Source: an uncultured bacterium (lineage in GTDB: Bacteria; Verrucomicrobiota; Kiritimatiellia; RFP12; UBA1067). Taken from it: a DNA stretch of 64,000 nucleotides. A program made the translations under genes and the position numbers. The DNA lies in assembly GCA_902764415.1 (NCBI GenBank), contig CACWVU010000001.1, positions 1,133 through 65,132 on the forward strand, in the 5' to 3' direction. Under the pieces are notes generated by a model, which had not been told where the DNA came from, searched no databases, and saw nothing but the letters and a program-made list of their open reading frames with translations. Shown piece by piece: positions 1 to 9,281 of the stretch; the first letter of the stretch is position 1, and each line of letters opens with the position of its first letter.

Positions 1-1
1 G

Positions 2-1207
2 AAGGTGTTCGTCCGCACGCTCGACTACAGGACTGGCAAGGTGGAGGTGGAAGTCGAAGGCGCTGGCGATTCCACGGCGACGATTGCTTTCGACGGAGGC
101 GCGGAAACAGACGTGAAACTGAGCAAAGGGAAGGTGATTGTCGCCGTTCCAGGCTATCACCTTTGGTCGCCAGAAAGGCCTGCGCTTCACAAGGTTTCCA
201 TCAGCCTTTCAACTTTTCGGCCTTTCAACCTTTCAACTCGTTTTGGCATCCGCCAGATCGAGGCGCGCGACAGGAAGATCTACCTGAACGGCAAGGAATT
301 GTTCCTCAAGGGTTTCAACCGACACGAGTCTGACTGGCTCAATGGCGCGGCTACCGGCGAGGCGCTGATGCTGCAGGACATCCAGCGGCTCAAGACCCTC
401 GGCGGCAACTTCATCCGCGGCGCGCACTACCAGCAGAGCGAAAGGTTCCTCGACCTCTGCGACGAGAACGGCGTTCTGGTCTGGGAGGAGTCGCTCGGCT
501 GGGGCAACGGCTGGGGCGTCGACTTTCCGCCGAACGAGCTTCAGGACGAGGAGTTCTGCGCGATGCAGGTGCGGCAGACGCGCGACATGGTCAGGACGAG
601 CTTCAACCACCCGTCGGTCATCATCTACGGATTCCTCAACGAGTGCGCGAGCCTGAAGCCGGAGTGCAAGGCGCTCGTCGACAGGCTCATCGAGACGGTC
701 CGCGCCGAGAATTCGGGGCGTCTCGTGACATTCGCCTGCAATATCGTAGATGACGATATCTGCAATGCGAACACGGACATTGTTGCGTTTAACGCGTATC
801 CAGGGATTTTCCCTCTGCAAATTGGAACGGCGACCTCTCTCGAGATGCGGGTGAAAGACAGGTTCAACGCCATTGTCTCGAAGTTTCGTGCACAATATCC
901 GGACAAGCCCATTATGGTGTCGGAGTCCGGTTGCGGCGGCGAGTTTGGACGGCGCGGCGAATATGCCTCGCCGAACACGGAGGAGTTCCAGGACGAGTAC
1001 CTGACGAACGTGTTCGAGACGCTCTGGGCGAATCCCGATGTCGTCGGCTTCTCGATCTGGCAGATGAACGACGGCAGAACGCGCGAGCGCTTTGGCGACA
1101 AAGCCGTGTCTGCGATGTTCGGAGGCTCGGTTGCCGGCGTGTTTGACCGTTTCCGAAGGCCGAAGACGTCGGCTGAGACTGTCCGCAAATATTTCAACCT
1201 TAAATGA
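2..1207 (+). CDS. Glycoside hydrolase family 2 (beta-glucuronidase/beta-galactosidase-like), N-terminus cut by window edge
   Basis: ORF track 5..1207, frame open back to base 2. GH2 TIM-barrel hallmarks GFNRHE, NFIRGAHY, VLVWEE, GFLNE. Confidence 0.8.
   Translation, partial: KVFVRTLDYRTGKVEVEVEGAGDSTATIAFDGGAETDVKLSKGKVIVAVPGYHLWSPERPALHKVSISLSTFRPFNLSTRFGIRQIEARDRKIYLNGKELFLKGFNRHESDWLNGAATGEALMLQDIQRLKTLGGNFIRGAHYQQSERFLDLCDENGVLVWEESLGWGNGWGVDFPPNELQDEEFCAMQVRQTRDMVRTSFNHPSVIIYGFLNECASLKPECKALVDRLIETVRAENSGRLVTFACNIVDDDICNANTDIVAFNAYPGIFPLQIGTATSLEMRVKDRFNAIVSKFRAQYPDKPIMVSESGCGGEFGRRGEYASPNTEEFQDEYLTNVFETLWANPDVVGFSIWQMNDGRTRERFGDKAVSAMFGGSVAGVFDRFRRPKTSAETVRKYFNLK
205..237 (-). repeat. 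GTTGAAAR octamer-array element (reverse orientation) embedded in-frame in the GH2 CDS
   Basis: cctttcaacttttcggcctttcaacctttcaac is the reverse complement of the gttgaaaggttgaaaggccg... arrays at 3779, 32294 and 32433. Here it is translated as STFRPFNLST. Confidence 0.7.
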
Positions 1208-1239
1208 AAAGGGTCAATTGGTGCGGCTCTGAAGCACGC

Positions 1240-1269
1240 TTTACAAGCCTGATTGAAATGTGCTATACT
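1240..1269 (+). promoter_or_regulatory. Sigma70-type promoter for the PaaK-like gene
   Basis: TTTACA (1240-1245), 18 nt spacer, TATACT (1264-1269). SD AAGGAGA at 1290-1296 precedes ATG 1302. Confidence 0.5.
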
Positions 1270-1301
1270 ATTTGACCAACACCAACAACAAGGAGACATA
1301 C

Positions 1302-2585
1302 ATGGGCATGTGGAACCGCGAAAAGGAGACGCTCTCGCGCGACGAGCTCGCCAAGGTGCAGCTCGAGGGACTGAAGAAGTCGCTCAGCCGCGTCTGGAAC
1401 AACGAGTTCTACCGCGAACGCCTGAAGAAGGGCGGCGTCGGCTCGCCCGAGGACGTGAAGTCGCTCGACGACCTCGCCAACCTGCCGTTCTACACCAAGG
1501 ACGACTTCCGCGACGCCTATCCGCTGAAGATGAACTGCGCCGACCGGAAGGACCTCCTGGAGTTCCACATGTCCTCCGGCTCCACCGGCACGCCGGTGGT
1601 CATGGCCTACACCAAGGGCGACCTCGTCCAGTGGGCCGAGTGCATGGCGCGCTGCTACGCGATGGCGGGGCTGGAGAAGGGCGACGCGTTCCAGATCATC
1701 CCCACCTTCGGCCTCTTCAACGGCGGCTTCGGCTTCTACCACGGCGCGCGCAAGGCCGGGCTCTTCACGGTGCCCGCCTCGTCCGGCAACACCGAGCGCC
1801 AGATCCGCCTGATGAAGGACTTCAAGTCCAAGGGCTTCGCGTCCGTCGTCTCCTACGTGCCGCGGCTCATCGAGAAACTCGACGAGTGCCCCGAGGGCGA
1901 GCGCGACCTCCCCTACCTCAAGGTCGGCATCTTCGGCTCCGAGACATTCTCGGACGAGACCCGCCGGCGCATCGAGTCGCGCCTCGGCATCGAGTGCTTC
2001 GACATCTACGGGATGACCGAGACCGGCGGCGTCGGCACGACCGGCCAGGACTGCCGCTTCCACTGCGGCCTCCACGTGTTCGAGGACCAGTACATCACCG
2101 AGATCATCGACCCGGCGACCGGCAAGCTCGTGCCCGACGGCGAGTACGGCGAGATCGTCTTCACCTCCCTCACCCGCGAGGCGATGCCGATCATCCGCTA
2201 CCGCACCCACGACATCACCCGCATCCTCTCGCGCGAGAAGTGCGAGTGCGGCCGCACCTCGCTCAGGATCGACCGCATCACCGGCCGCACCGACGACATG
2301 CTGATCGTCAAGGGCGTCAACTTCTACCCGCGCCAGGTGGAGCAGGCGCTGAAGGAGATCCCCGGCGTTGCCGACGAGTTCCAGATCATCCTCGAGGAGC
2401 ACAACGGCATGACCGACGTCACCGTCAACGTCGAGGCCGAGCCCGGCGTTACCGGCCATCAGGTCGCCAAGCACCTCCGCGAGCGCCTCGGGTTCCTGCC
2501 GAAGGGCGACGTCTTCCCGATCGGCGCGCTGCCGCGCACCGAGGGCAAGGCGAAGCGCGTCATCCGCCGCCAGGTCGAGGGCTGA
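1302..2585 (+). CDS. Phenylacetate-CoA ligase family (PaaK-like adenylate-forming enzyme)
   Basis: In frame with ORF 1260..2585; start moved to the SD-preceded ATG 1302. N-terminus MWNREKETLSRDEL, motifs HMSSGSTGTP, SSGNTERQI and the C-terminal KGVNFYP region typical of PaaK-like ligases. Confidence 0.85.
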   Translation: MGMWNREKETLSRDELAKVQLEGLKKSLSRVWNNEFYRERLKKGGVGSPEDVKSLDDLANLPFYTKDDFRDAYPLKMNCADRKDLLEFHMSSGSTGTPVVMAYTKGDLVQWAECMARCYAMAGLEKGDAFQIIPTFGLFNGGFGFYHGARKAGLFTVPASSGNTERQIRLMKDFKSKGFASVVSYVPRLIEKLDECPEGERDLPYLKVGIFGSETFSDETRRRIESRLGIECFDIYGMTETGGVGTTGQDCRFHCGLHVFEDQYITEIIDPATGKLVPDGEYGEIVFTSLTREAMPIIRYRTHDITRILSREKCECGRTSLRIDRITGRTDDMLIVKGVNFYPRQVEQALKEIPGVADEFQIILEEHNGMTDVTVNVEAEPGVTGHQVAKHLRERLGFLPKGDVFPIGALPRTEGKAKRVIRRQVEG

Positions 2586-2590
2586 GCGCC

Positions 2591-3799
2591 TTGAAGCGGC
2601 ATCTCATCGGCATCGGCGGCGTCGGGATGAGCGCGCTCGCGACCGCGCTCGTCCGGCTCGGGGACGAAGTGACCGGGGCCGACCGCACGCTCGGCACGCC
2701 GAACATCCGCTTTCTCGAGTCGCTCGGCGTAAAGGTGTTCCCGGACGACGGCTCCGGCGTCGACGCTGCGACCGGCGAGGTGGTCGTCTCCACCGCGATC
2801 GAGTCCGACAACCCCGGCCTCGTCCGCGCGGCGGAGCTGGGCATCCCGGTCGTCCACCGCGCCAAGGCGCTCGCCCATGCGCTCTCGGGCCATCGCCTCG
2901 TGGCCGTCGTCGGCACCTGCGGCAAGTCCACCGTCACCGCCATGCTCGGACACGTGCTCGCCGAGTGCGGGCTCGACCCGTTCTGCGTCAACGGTGCGAA
3001 CGTGCCCGGGTGGGAAGGGGCGGTGCGCTTCGGCCGCGGCGAATACGCCGTCGCCGAGGTGGACGAGAGCGACCGCTCGCTGGTGGCGTTCAGTCCCTAC
3101 GCGGCGATCGTCACCAACGCCTCCGCCGACCACTACTCGAAGGAGGAGATGGACCAGGTCTTCGACGACTTCGTGCGCAACTGCCCCGGTCCGGTCGTCG
3201 ACGGGCGCAAGTGCGATCCCGGCGAGGCGGAGACCACGATGCCCGGGCGTCACAACCGCCAGAACGCCGCGCTGGCGCTCAGGATGGCGGTGGCGCTGGG
3301 CGTTGACGAGGCGAAGGCGCGCGCGGCGCTTCTGACCTTCCGCGGCGTCGAGCGCCGCCTCCAGCGCGTCGGCGGCAACGTGTTCGACGACTACGCCCAC
3401 AACCCGGAGAAGCTCCGCGCGATGTGGACGACGCTGGCGGAGGAGTATCCCGGCGGAATCTGCGCGGTGTGGCGTCCCCACGGCTACGCGCCGCTCCGCA
3501 AGATGCTTGACGCGCTCGTCGAGATGTTCACCTCGACGATCCGCCCCCAGGACCGCCTGCTCGTGCTGCCGGTCTACGACGCCGGCGGCACCGCCGACCG
3601 CTCGATCAACTCGGATGCGCTCGTCGCGCGGCTCGGCGACAAGGCGGTGGCGGTCGGCGACTTCGACGAGGCGTATTCCTGGTGCCGCGCCCACAGCGGC
3701 GACTTCGCGGCCTTCGCGGTCTGCGGCGCCCGCGACCCCGGCCTCGCCCCGTTCGCCCGCCGCCTCGCCAGCCTTAAGGTTGAAAAGTTGAAAGGTTGA
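2591..3799 (+). CDS. Mur ligase family protein (short MurC/Mpl-like)
   Basis: 3' part of ORF 1253..3799. TTG 2591 is the only start upstream of the Rossmann motif IGIGGVGMS. ATP-binding GTCGKST and NASADH present. The last codons and the stop lie in the GTTGAAAR repeat. Confidence 0.7.
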   Translation: MKRHLIGIGGVGMSALATALVRLGDEVTGADRTLGTPNIRFLESLGVKVFPDDGSGVDAATGEVVVSTAIESDNPGLVRAAELGIPVVHRAKALAHALSGHRLVAVVGTCGKSTVTAMLGHVLAECGLDPFCVNGANVPGWEGAVRFGRGEYAVAEVDESDRSLVAFSPYAAIVTNASADHYSKEEMDQVFDDFVRNCPGPVVDGRKCDPGEAETTMPGRHNRQNAALALRMAVALGVDEAKARAALLTFRGVERRLQRVGGNVFDDYAHNPEKLRAMWTTLAEEYPGGICAVWRPHGYAPLRKMLDALVEMFTSTIRPQDRLLVLPVYDAGGTADRSINSDALVARLGDKAVAVGDFDEAYSWCRAHSGDFAAFAVCGARDPGLAPFARRLASLKVEKLKG

Positions 3800-3812
3800 A
3801 AAGTTGAAAGGC
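3779..3812 (+). repeat. GTTGAAAR octamer-array element forming the C-terminal tail and stop of the MurC-like CDS
   Basis: ggttgaaaagttgaaaggttgaaaagttgaaaggcc encodes ...LKVEKLKG followed by stop TGA 3797-3799. Confidence 0.75.
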
Positions 3813-3864
3813 CGCCCGCCTATGCCGAGGCTCCGGCGTGCAAGCGAACCACGAACCACGAAAA

Positions 3865-3873
3865 TGGTATAAT
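3865..3873 (+). promoter_or_regulatory. Extended -10 promoter module TGGTATAATACACGC
   Basis: tggtataat at 3865-3873 followed by acacgc. SD AGGAGG at 3883-3888, ATG 3897. Tandem cgaaccacgaaccacg lies just upstream. Confidence 0.6.
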
Positions 3874-3896
3874 ACACGCACAGGAGGAAAAACGCC

Positions 3897-4178
3897 ATGA
3901 TGACGAGGGAAGAGGAAGCTAACGAGTTCTGGCTACTGACGCTGGCGATACTCGAGGATTCGAGGGTCGAGACCAGCGAGGCCAAGGTGGTCCTGCGCTG
4001 GATCCAGGAACACCAGCGCGCCGACGAGTTCGCGCCGCAGCTCGCGAAGCTCCAGAAGTTCATGGACGACGGCTACATCGACCGGTTCGAGTCCAAGGAC
4101 ATCATCCAATCGATCAGCTCGGTGCTGCGGCGCCTGCGCGAATTGGCGAAGGACGAGGCCGCCGGAGCGGCGAAGTGA
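3897..4178 (+). CDS. Small hypothetical protein (93 aa, helical, acidic)
   Basis: ORF track. Has its own consensus promoter and SD. No family recognised. Confidence 0.55.
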   Translation: MMTREEEANEFWLLTLAILEDSRVETSEAKVVLRWIQEHQRADEFAPQLAKLQKFMDDGYIDRFESKDIIQSISSVLRRLRELAKDEAAGAAK

Positions 4179-4212
4179 CATATCAATCCGCAATCGAAAA
4201 AGGAGAAGGAAA

Positions 4213-7200
4213 ATGACCGTTTTGCTGGGTTCCGACGCGTTCTCGCCGTTCAGGATGGAAACGCTCAAGGACGCCATTGCCAAGGCCGATCCGTCGGTCG
4301 GCTACATCGACATCGACGCGAAGTGGACGTACGCGCTCGAGCCCGAGGAGGGCGCGGCGATCGAGCCCGCCGAGCTGGAGCGGGCCGCCTCGCTCCTCAA
4401 CGCGAATGGGCCGCTCGACGATGTCGACTTCTTCGTCTTTCCGCGCAAGGGCACCATTTCGCCGTGGAGCTCGAAGGCGACCGACATCTTCCGCAACTGC
4501 GCCCTCAAGTCCATCAAGCGCGTCGAGCGCGGCATCCGCTTCAGGGTCGCGTCCATCTCCTCTGGCTCCGCCGCCACGCGCGAGGACTTCAGGAAGTCGC
4601 TTCCGCGCGCGAAGTGGCTTGCCGCCATCTACGACAAGATGACCGAGGGCGTCTACGACGACATCTCCGACCTCTTCGACGTCGCCGCCCCGAAGCCGGG
4701 GCGCACGTTCGACGTCATGGCGAATGGTGTGGAGGCGATCCGCGAGGCGAACGCGGAGCTGGGACTCGCGATCTCCGAGCCCGAGATGGAGTACCTCGCC
4801 AAGAGCTTCGCCGCGGCGGGACGCAACCCGACCGACACCGAGCTCGTGATGTTCGGCCAGGTGAACTCCGAGCACTGCCGCCACAAGATCTTCGGCGCTG
4901 AGTTCGTCATCAACGGGAAAAAGCAGCCGAAGTCGCTCTTCGAGATGATCAAGAACACGCACAAGAAGCGCCCCCAGGACACGCTTTCCGCGTACCGGGA
5001 CAACTCCGCCGTCGTCGCGGGCTTCAAGACCGACGTCTTCGCGATCGACCCCAAGACGAACGAATACGGCTTCAGGAAAGACCAGCTCGACCAGCTGATG
5101 AAGGTCGAGACCCACAACCACCCGACGGCGATCTCGCCGTTCCCGGGCGCGGCCACCGGCGTCGGCGGCGAGATCCGCGACGAGGCGGCGACAGGTCAGG
5201 GCTCGCGCAGCGTTGCCGGCATCTGCGGCTTCATGGTCTCCAACCTCCGCATCCCCGGCTATCCGCAGCCCTGGGAGCGCGAGTTCGCCTCCTTCCCGTC
5301 CCGCCTCGCCACCCCACTCCAGATCATGGTCGAGGGGCCGATCGGCGGCGCGGCGTTCGGCAACGAGTTCGGCCGTCCGCAGCTCTGCGGATTCTTCCGC
5401 ACCTACGAGGGCGAGGTCGCCGGCGAGCTCCGCGGCTACCACAAGCCGATCATGCTCGCGGGCGGCATGGGCGTCATCCGCCATAGCCAGGTCCTCAAGA
5501 AGGATGTCAAGGTCGGCGCGCTGATCGTCCAGATCGGCGGTCCCGCGATGCGCATTGGCCTTGGCGGCGGCGCGGCCAGCTCGATGATGACCGGCACCAA
5601 CTCCGAGGCGCTCGACTTCAACTCCGTCCAGCGCGGCAACGCCGAGATGCAGCGCCGCTGCCAGGGCGTGATCGACGCGTGCTCCTACCTCGGCAAGGCC
5701 AACCCGATAATGTCGATCCACGACATCGGCGCAGGCGGCCTCTCCAACGGCTGCCCCGAGCTCGTCGAGGCGACCGGCGGCAAGTTCGAGCTGCGCGAGG
5801 TCCACAACGAGGAGCGCTCGATGAACCCGATGGAGATCTGGTGCTGCGAGGCGCAGGAGCGGTATGTGCTCGCGCTCCGGCCCGAGGCGCGCGGCTTCTT
5901 CGAGGAGCTCTGCCGCCGCGAGCGCTGCCCGGTCGCCTTCATCGGCGTCGCGACCGGCGACGGCAAGCTCGTCCTCGAGGACTCGCACTTCGGCGACTCG
6001 CCGATCGACATGGACATCAAGGTCCTCCTGGGCAAGCCCCCGCGCATGGTGCGGAAGGTGAAGCGCGTCGCGAAGAAGCACGCGGGCACGGACTTCGCGG
6101 GCGTGAAGCCGATCGACGCCTTCCAGCGCATCCTCCACCTCCCGGCCGTCGCGGACAAGACCTTCCTCATCACCATCACCGACCGCACCGTCACCGGGCG
6201 CGTCGCGCGCGACCAGATGGTCGGCCGCTACCAGCTTCCCGCGGCGGACTGCGCCGTCACCACGATGGGCTACAAGACCTACGAGGGCCAGGCGATGGCG
6301 ACCGGCGAGCGCTCGCCCGTCGCGCTCCTCGACGGCCCCGCGTCCGGCCGCGTGGCGATCGCCGAGGCGATCACCAACCTCGCCGCGGCGGATGTCGGCG
6401 ACATCTCGCAGATCCGCCTCTCCGCCAACTGGATGGCGCCGTGCGGCGAGCCCGGCGAGGACGCGGTCCTCTACGACACCGTCCAGGAAGTCGGCCTCAA
6501 GTTCTGCCCGAAGCTGGGCGTCTCCATCCCCGTCGGCAAGGACTCCTGCTCGATGCACACCGTGTGGAGCGACCCCGACGGCACCGCGCACAAGCAGGTC
6601 GCGCCGCTTTCGCTCGTCGTCTCGAGCTTCGCGCCGGTGAAGGACGTCAGGCTCACGCTTACGCCGGACCTCAAGCCCGATCCCGAGGGACAGTCGACGT
6701 TCCTCGTCTACGTCGACCTCTCCAAGGGCGAGATGCCGCTCGGCGCGACTGCGCTCGCGCAGGTCTACGGCCAGCTCGGCAACACCCACGCCGACGCGGA
6801 CGCGGCTCTTATCAAGCGCTTCTTCAACGCGATGCAGAAGATCGTCAAGTCCCGGAAGGCGCTCGCCTACCACGACCGCTCCGACGGCGGCATCGCCGTC
6901 ACGCTCGCGGAGATGGCGATCACCGGCGGGCGCGGACTCATCGCGAAGCTCCCCGACGGCGATGCGCTGGAGCAGCTCTTCAACGAGCAGCCGGGCGCCG
7001 TCCTGCAGGTCGCCGAGAAGAACGTTTCCGAGGTGCTGGCGGTCTTCAAGGCGGCACGCGTCCCGGCGTCCGTCGTCGGCACGGCGTCCCGCAGCTCGCG
7101 CGCCTTCGAGGTCTACGTCGGCGAGCGCCTCGCGCTCAAGACCGACCTCACGTTCATCCGCCGCGCCTGGAGCGAGACGACCTACAGGATGCAGGCGCTT

Positions 7201-8076
7201 CGCGACAACCCGGTCGCCGCCCGCGAGGAGTACGACAACGCCCTCGACGAGTCCGATCCCGGCATGACCTTCAAGCTCACCTACGACCCGGACGAAGCGG
7301 TTGCCTGCGGCGCGGCGCGTCCCCGCATGGCCATCCTCCGCGAGCAGGGCGTCAACGGCCACATCGAGATGGCCGCGGCGTTCGCGCTCGCCGGCTTCGA
7401 CTGCCAGGATGTCCACATGAGCGACCTGATCGAGGGCCGCGTGGACCTCGCCGACTTCAAGGGACTCGTCGCCTGCGGTGGCTTCTCCTACGGCGACGTC
7501 CTCGGCGCGGGCTCCGGCTGGGCTCGGTCGATCCTCTACAACGACCGCCTGCGCGAGATGTTCAGGACCTTCTTCCACCGCCCCGACACTTTCAGCCTCG
7601 GCGTCTGCAACGGCTGCCAGATGCTCTCGCAGCTCAAGGACCTCATTCCCGGCGCGGAGGGGTGGCCGAAGTTCGTCAAGAACGTCTCGGAGCAGTTCGA
7701 GGCACGTCTCGCCACGATCGAGATCGAGGAGTCGCCGTCCATCTTCTTCCGCGGCATGGCCGGCTCGCGCCTGCCGATCCCCGTCGCGCACGGCGAGGGC
7801 CGCGTCTGGACCGACGGCTTCGTGCCGTCCATCTGCGCCGCGCACTTCGTGGACGGACGCGGCCGCGCGACGATGCGCTATCCCTACAACCCGAACGGCT
7901 CCTACGGCGGCCAGACCGCGTTCACCACGGCCGACGGCCGCGCGACGATCATGATGCCGCACCCGGAGCGCGGCTTCCGCGCCTGCCAGCTCTCCTACAA
8001 CGACGGTTCGTTCGCCAAGGACGGCCCGTGGATGCGGATGTTCCGCAACGCCTACGCGTTCGCGACCGGGTCGTGA
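4213..8076 (+). CDS. purL: Phosphoribosylformylglycinamidine synthase, single-chain large form
   Basis: 1287 aa. SEHCRHKIF, duplicated AIR-synthase-like halves, C-terminal amidotransferase with nucleophile motif GVCNGCQ and MMPHPER. Confidence 0.95.
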   Translation: MTVLLGSDAFSPFRMETLKDAIAKADPSVGYIDIDAKWTYALEPEEGAAIEPAELERAASLLNANGPLDDVDFFVFPRKGTISPWSSKATDIFRNCALKSIKRVERGIRFRVASISSGSAATREDFRKSLPRAKWLAAIYDKMTEGVYDDISDLFDVAAPKPGRTFDVMANGVEAIREANAELGLAISEPEMEYLAKSFAAAGRNPTDTELVMFGQVNSEHCRHKIFGAEFVINGKKQPKSLFEMIKNTHKKRPQDTLSAYRDNSAVVAGFKTDVFAIDPKTNEYGFRKDQLDQLMKVETHNHPTAISPFPGAATGVGGEIRDEAATGQGSRSVAGICGFMVSNLRIPGYPQPWEREFASFPSRLATPLQIMVEGPIGGAAFGNEFGRPQLCGFFRTYEGEVAGELRGYHKPIMLAGGMGVIRHSQVLKKDVKVGALIVQIGGPAMRIGLGGGAASSMMTGTNSEALDFNSVQRGNAEMQRRCQGVIDACSYLGKANPIMSIHDIGAGGLSNGCPELVEATGGKFELREVHNEERSMNPMEIWCCEAQERYVLALRPEARGFFEELCRRERCPVAFIGVATGDGKLVLEDSHFGDSPIDMDIKVLLGKPPRMVRKVKRVAKKHAGTDFAGVKPIDAFQRILHLPAVADKTFLITITDRTVTGRVARDQMVGRYQLPAADCAVTTMGYKTYEGQAMATGERSPVALLDGPASGRVAIAEAITNLAAADVGDISQIRLSANWMAPCGEPGEDAVLYDTVQEVGLKFCPKLGVSIPVGKDSCSMHTVWSDPDGTAHKQVAPLSLVVSSFAPVKDVRLTLTPDLKPDPEGQSTFLVYVDLSKGEMPLGATALAQVYGQLGNTHADADAALIKRFFNAMQKIVKSRKALAYHDRSDGGIAVTLAEMAITGGRGLIAKLPDGDALEQLFNEQPGAVLQVAEKNVSEVLAVFKAARVPASVVGTASRSSRAFEVYVGERLALKTDLTFIRRAWSETTYRMQALRDNPVAAREEYDNALDESDPGMTFKLTYDPDEAVACGAARPRMAILREQGVNGHIEMAAAFALAGFDCQDVHMSDLIEGRVDLADFKGLVACGGFSYGDVLGAGSGWARSILYNDRLREMFRTFFHRPDTFSLGVCNGCQMLSQLKDLIPGAEGWPKFVKNVSEQFEARLATIEIEESPSIFFRGMAGSRLPIPVAHGEGRVWTDGFVPSICAAHFVDGRGRATMRYPYNPNGSYGGQTAFTTADGRATIMMPHPERGFRACQLSYNDGSFAKDGPWMRMFRNAYAFATGS

Positions 8077-9083
8077 AGGGTAAAACGCCAGCCTTCCGCG
8101 CGGTGATCCTCGCCGGCGGATCGGGCGAGCGGTTCTGGCCGCTCTCCACGCCCGAGCGCCCCAAGCAGTTCCTGCGCGTCTTCGGCGGCGAGAGCCTGAT
8201 CCGCCAGGCGCTCGCGCGGCTGGACGGACTCGTCGCGCCGGCGGACGCGTTCGTCGTGACGACGAAGAACCTCGTTGCGGCGACGCGGAAGGAGCTGCCA
8301 GAGGTTCCGAAGGGCAACATCGTCGGCGAGCCGATGCGCCGCGACACCGGTGCCGCGGTCGCGCTCGGAGTCGGCATGGCGTCCGGCGCGGGCGATCCTG
8401 TGGTCGGATTCTTCTCGAGCGACCAGATGGTCGCGAAGCCTAAGGAGTTCCGAAAGGTCGTGAAGCGGGCAGTCGCGATCGCGCGGCGCAGGAACGCGAT
8501 AGTCACGATCGGCATCAAGCCCGGCTATCCCGCCACCTGCTTCGGCTACATCTCGCCGAAGACGCGCGCGTTCGTCGAGAAGCCGGACGCGGAGAAGGCA
8601 AGGAAGTACGTCAGGGCGGGCTATCTCTGGAACGCCGGGATGTTCATCGCCCGCGCGTCGGTCTTCCGCGGCGCATTCGCCGCGCACGCGCCGGAGCTGG
8701 AGTGCCTGGCGAAGAGCGGCGGGGACGCGGGGCCTCTCGCGCCCGCGGCTCTGGCCAGGCTCTACGCCGCGCTCCCCAAGATCAGCTTTGACTACGCCGT
8801 CATGGAGAAGGCGAAGAACGTCGAGGTGGTGCCGGGTGACTTCGGCTGGGATGACGTCGGCAGTTTCGCCGCGTTCGACAAGTACTTCCCGCACGACCGC
8901 CGCGGCAACGTGCGCGAAGGGCCATGCAACGTCGTCGAGGCGGAGGGCAACATCTGCGTCGCCCGCTCGGCGCGCATCTCGCTTTTGGGGGTGAAGAACC
9001 TCGTCGTCGTCACCACGCCCGATTCGGTGCTGGTGGCGGACAAGTCGCGCGTCGCGGAGATGAAGAAGCTCTTCTCCAGGTGA
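8073..9083 (+). CDS. Mannose-1-phosphate guanylyltransferase (nucleotidyltransferase-only form)
   Basis: 3' part of ORF 5679..9083. GTG 8073 overlaps the purL stop (GTGA). LAGGSGERFWPLS...PKQFL motif. Confidence 0.8.
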   Translation: MKGKTPAFRAVILAGGSGERFWPLSTPERPKQFLRVFGGESLIRQALARLDGLVAPADAFVVTTKNLVAATRKELPEVPKGNIVGEPMRRDTGAAVALGVGMASGAGDPVVGFFSSDQMVAKPKEFRKVVKRAVAIARRRNAIVTIGIKPGYPATCFGYISPKTRAFVEKPDAEKARKYVRAGYLWNAGMFIARASVFRGAFAAHAPELECLAKSGGDAGPLAPAALARLYAALPKISFDYAVMEKAKNVEVVPGDFGWDDVGSFAAFDKYFPHDRRGNVREGPCNVVEAEGNICVARSARISLLGVKNLVVVTTPDSVLVADKSRVAEMKKLFSR

Positions 9084-9156
9084 TGCGCGGAGGCATAGAC
9101 GGTCAGATTGCCAATACTGGAAGCGGCGCTTTTGCTAACTACGCCCGCATTTGCCC

Positions 9157-9185
9157 TTGAACCGGCGGGGACGATTTGATATACT
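9157..9185 (+). promoter_or_regulatory. Promoter of the polyamine operon
   Basis: TTGAAC (9157-9162), 17 nt spacer, TATACT (9180-9185) preceded by TGA. Leaves a ~96 nt leader before TTG 9282. Confidence 0.5.
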
Positions 9186-9281
9186 CCGCCACCGTTCGCT
9201 CCATGACAGGCGACTCTCCGCGCGCGGGTGCGCGAGAGGAGGCGACGCCACTGTGGATAAACCGCCAGGGAGTTTCATGAA

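Noticed and set aside
1253-2590. 5' 446 codons of the 848-aa ORF 1253..3799
   Set aside because: Out-of-frame overlap with the well-supported PaaK-like gene. The composition is Arg/Pro/His-rich junk. Only the part from TTG 2591 shows Mur-ligase motifs.
4183-7962. 1259-aa minus-strand ORF
   Set aside because: Exactly antisense to purL, which is recognisable over its full length. The translation is R/A/G/D/E/L-rich low-complexity sequence, typical of shadow frames in high-GC DNA.
5679-8072. 5' ~800 codons of the 1134-aa ORF 5679..9083
   Set aside because: Alternative frame inside purL with R/P/G-rich translation. Only the segment from GTG 8073 matches a nucleotidyltransferase.
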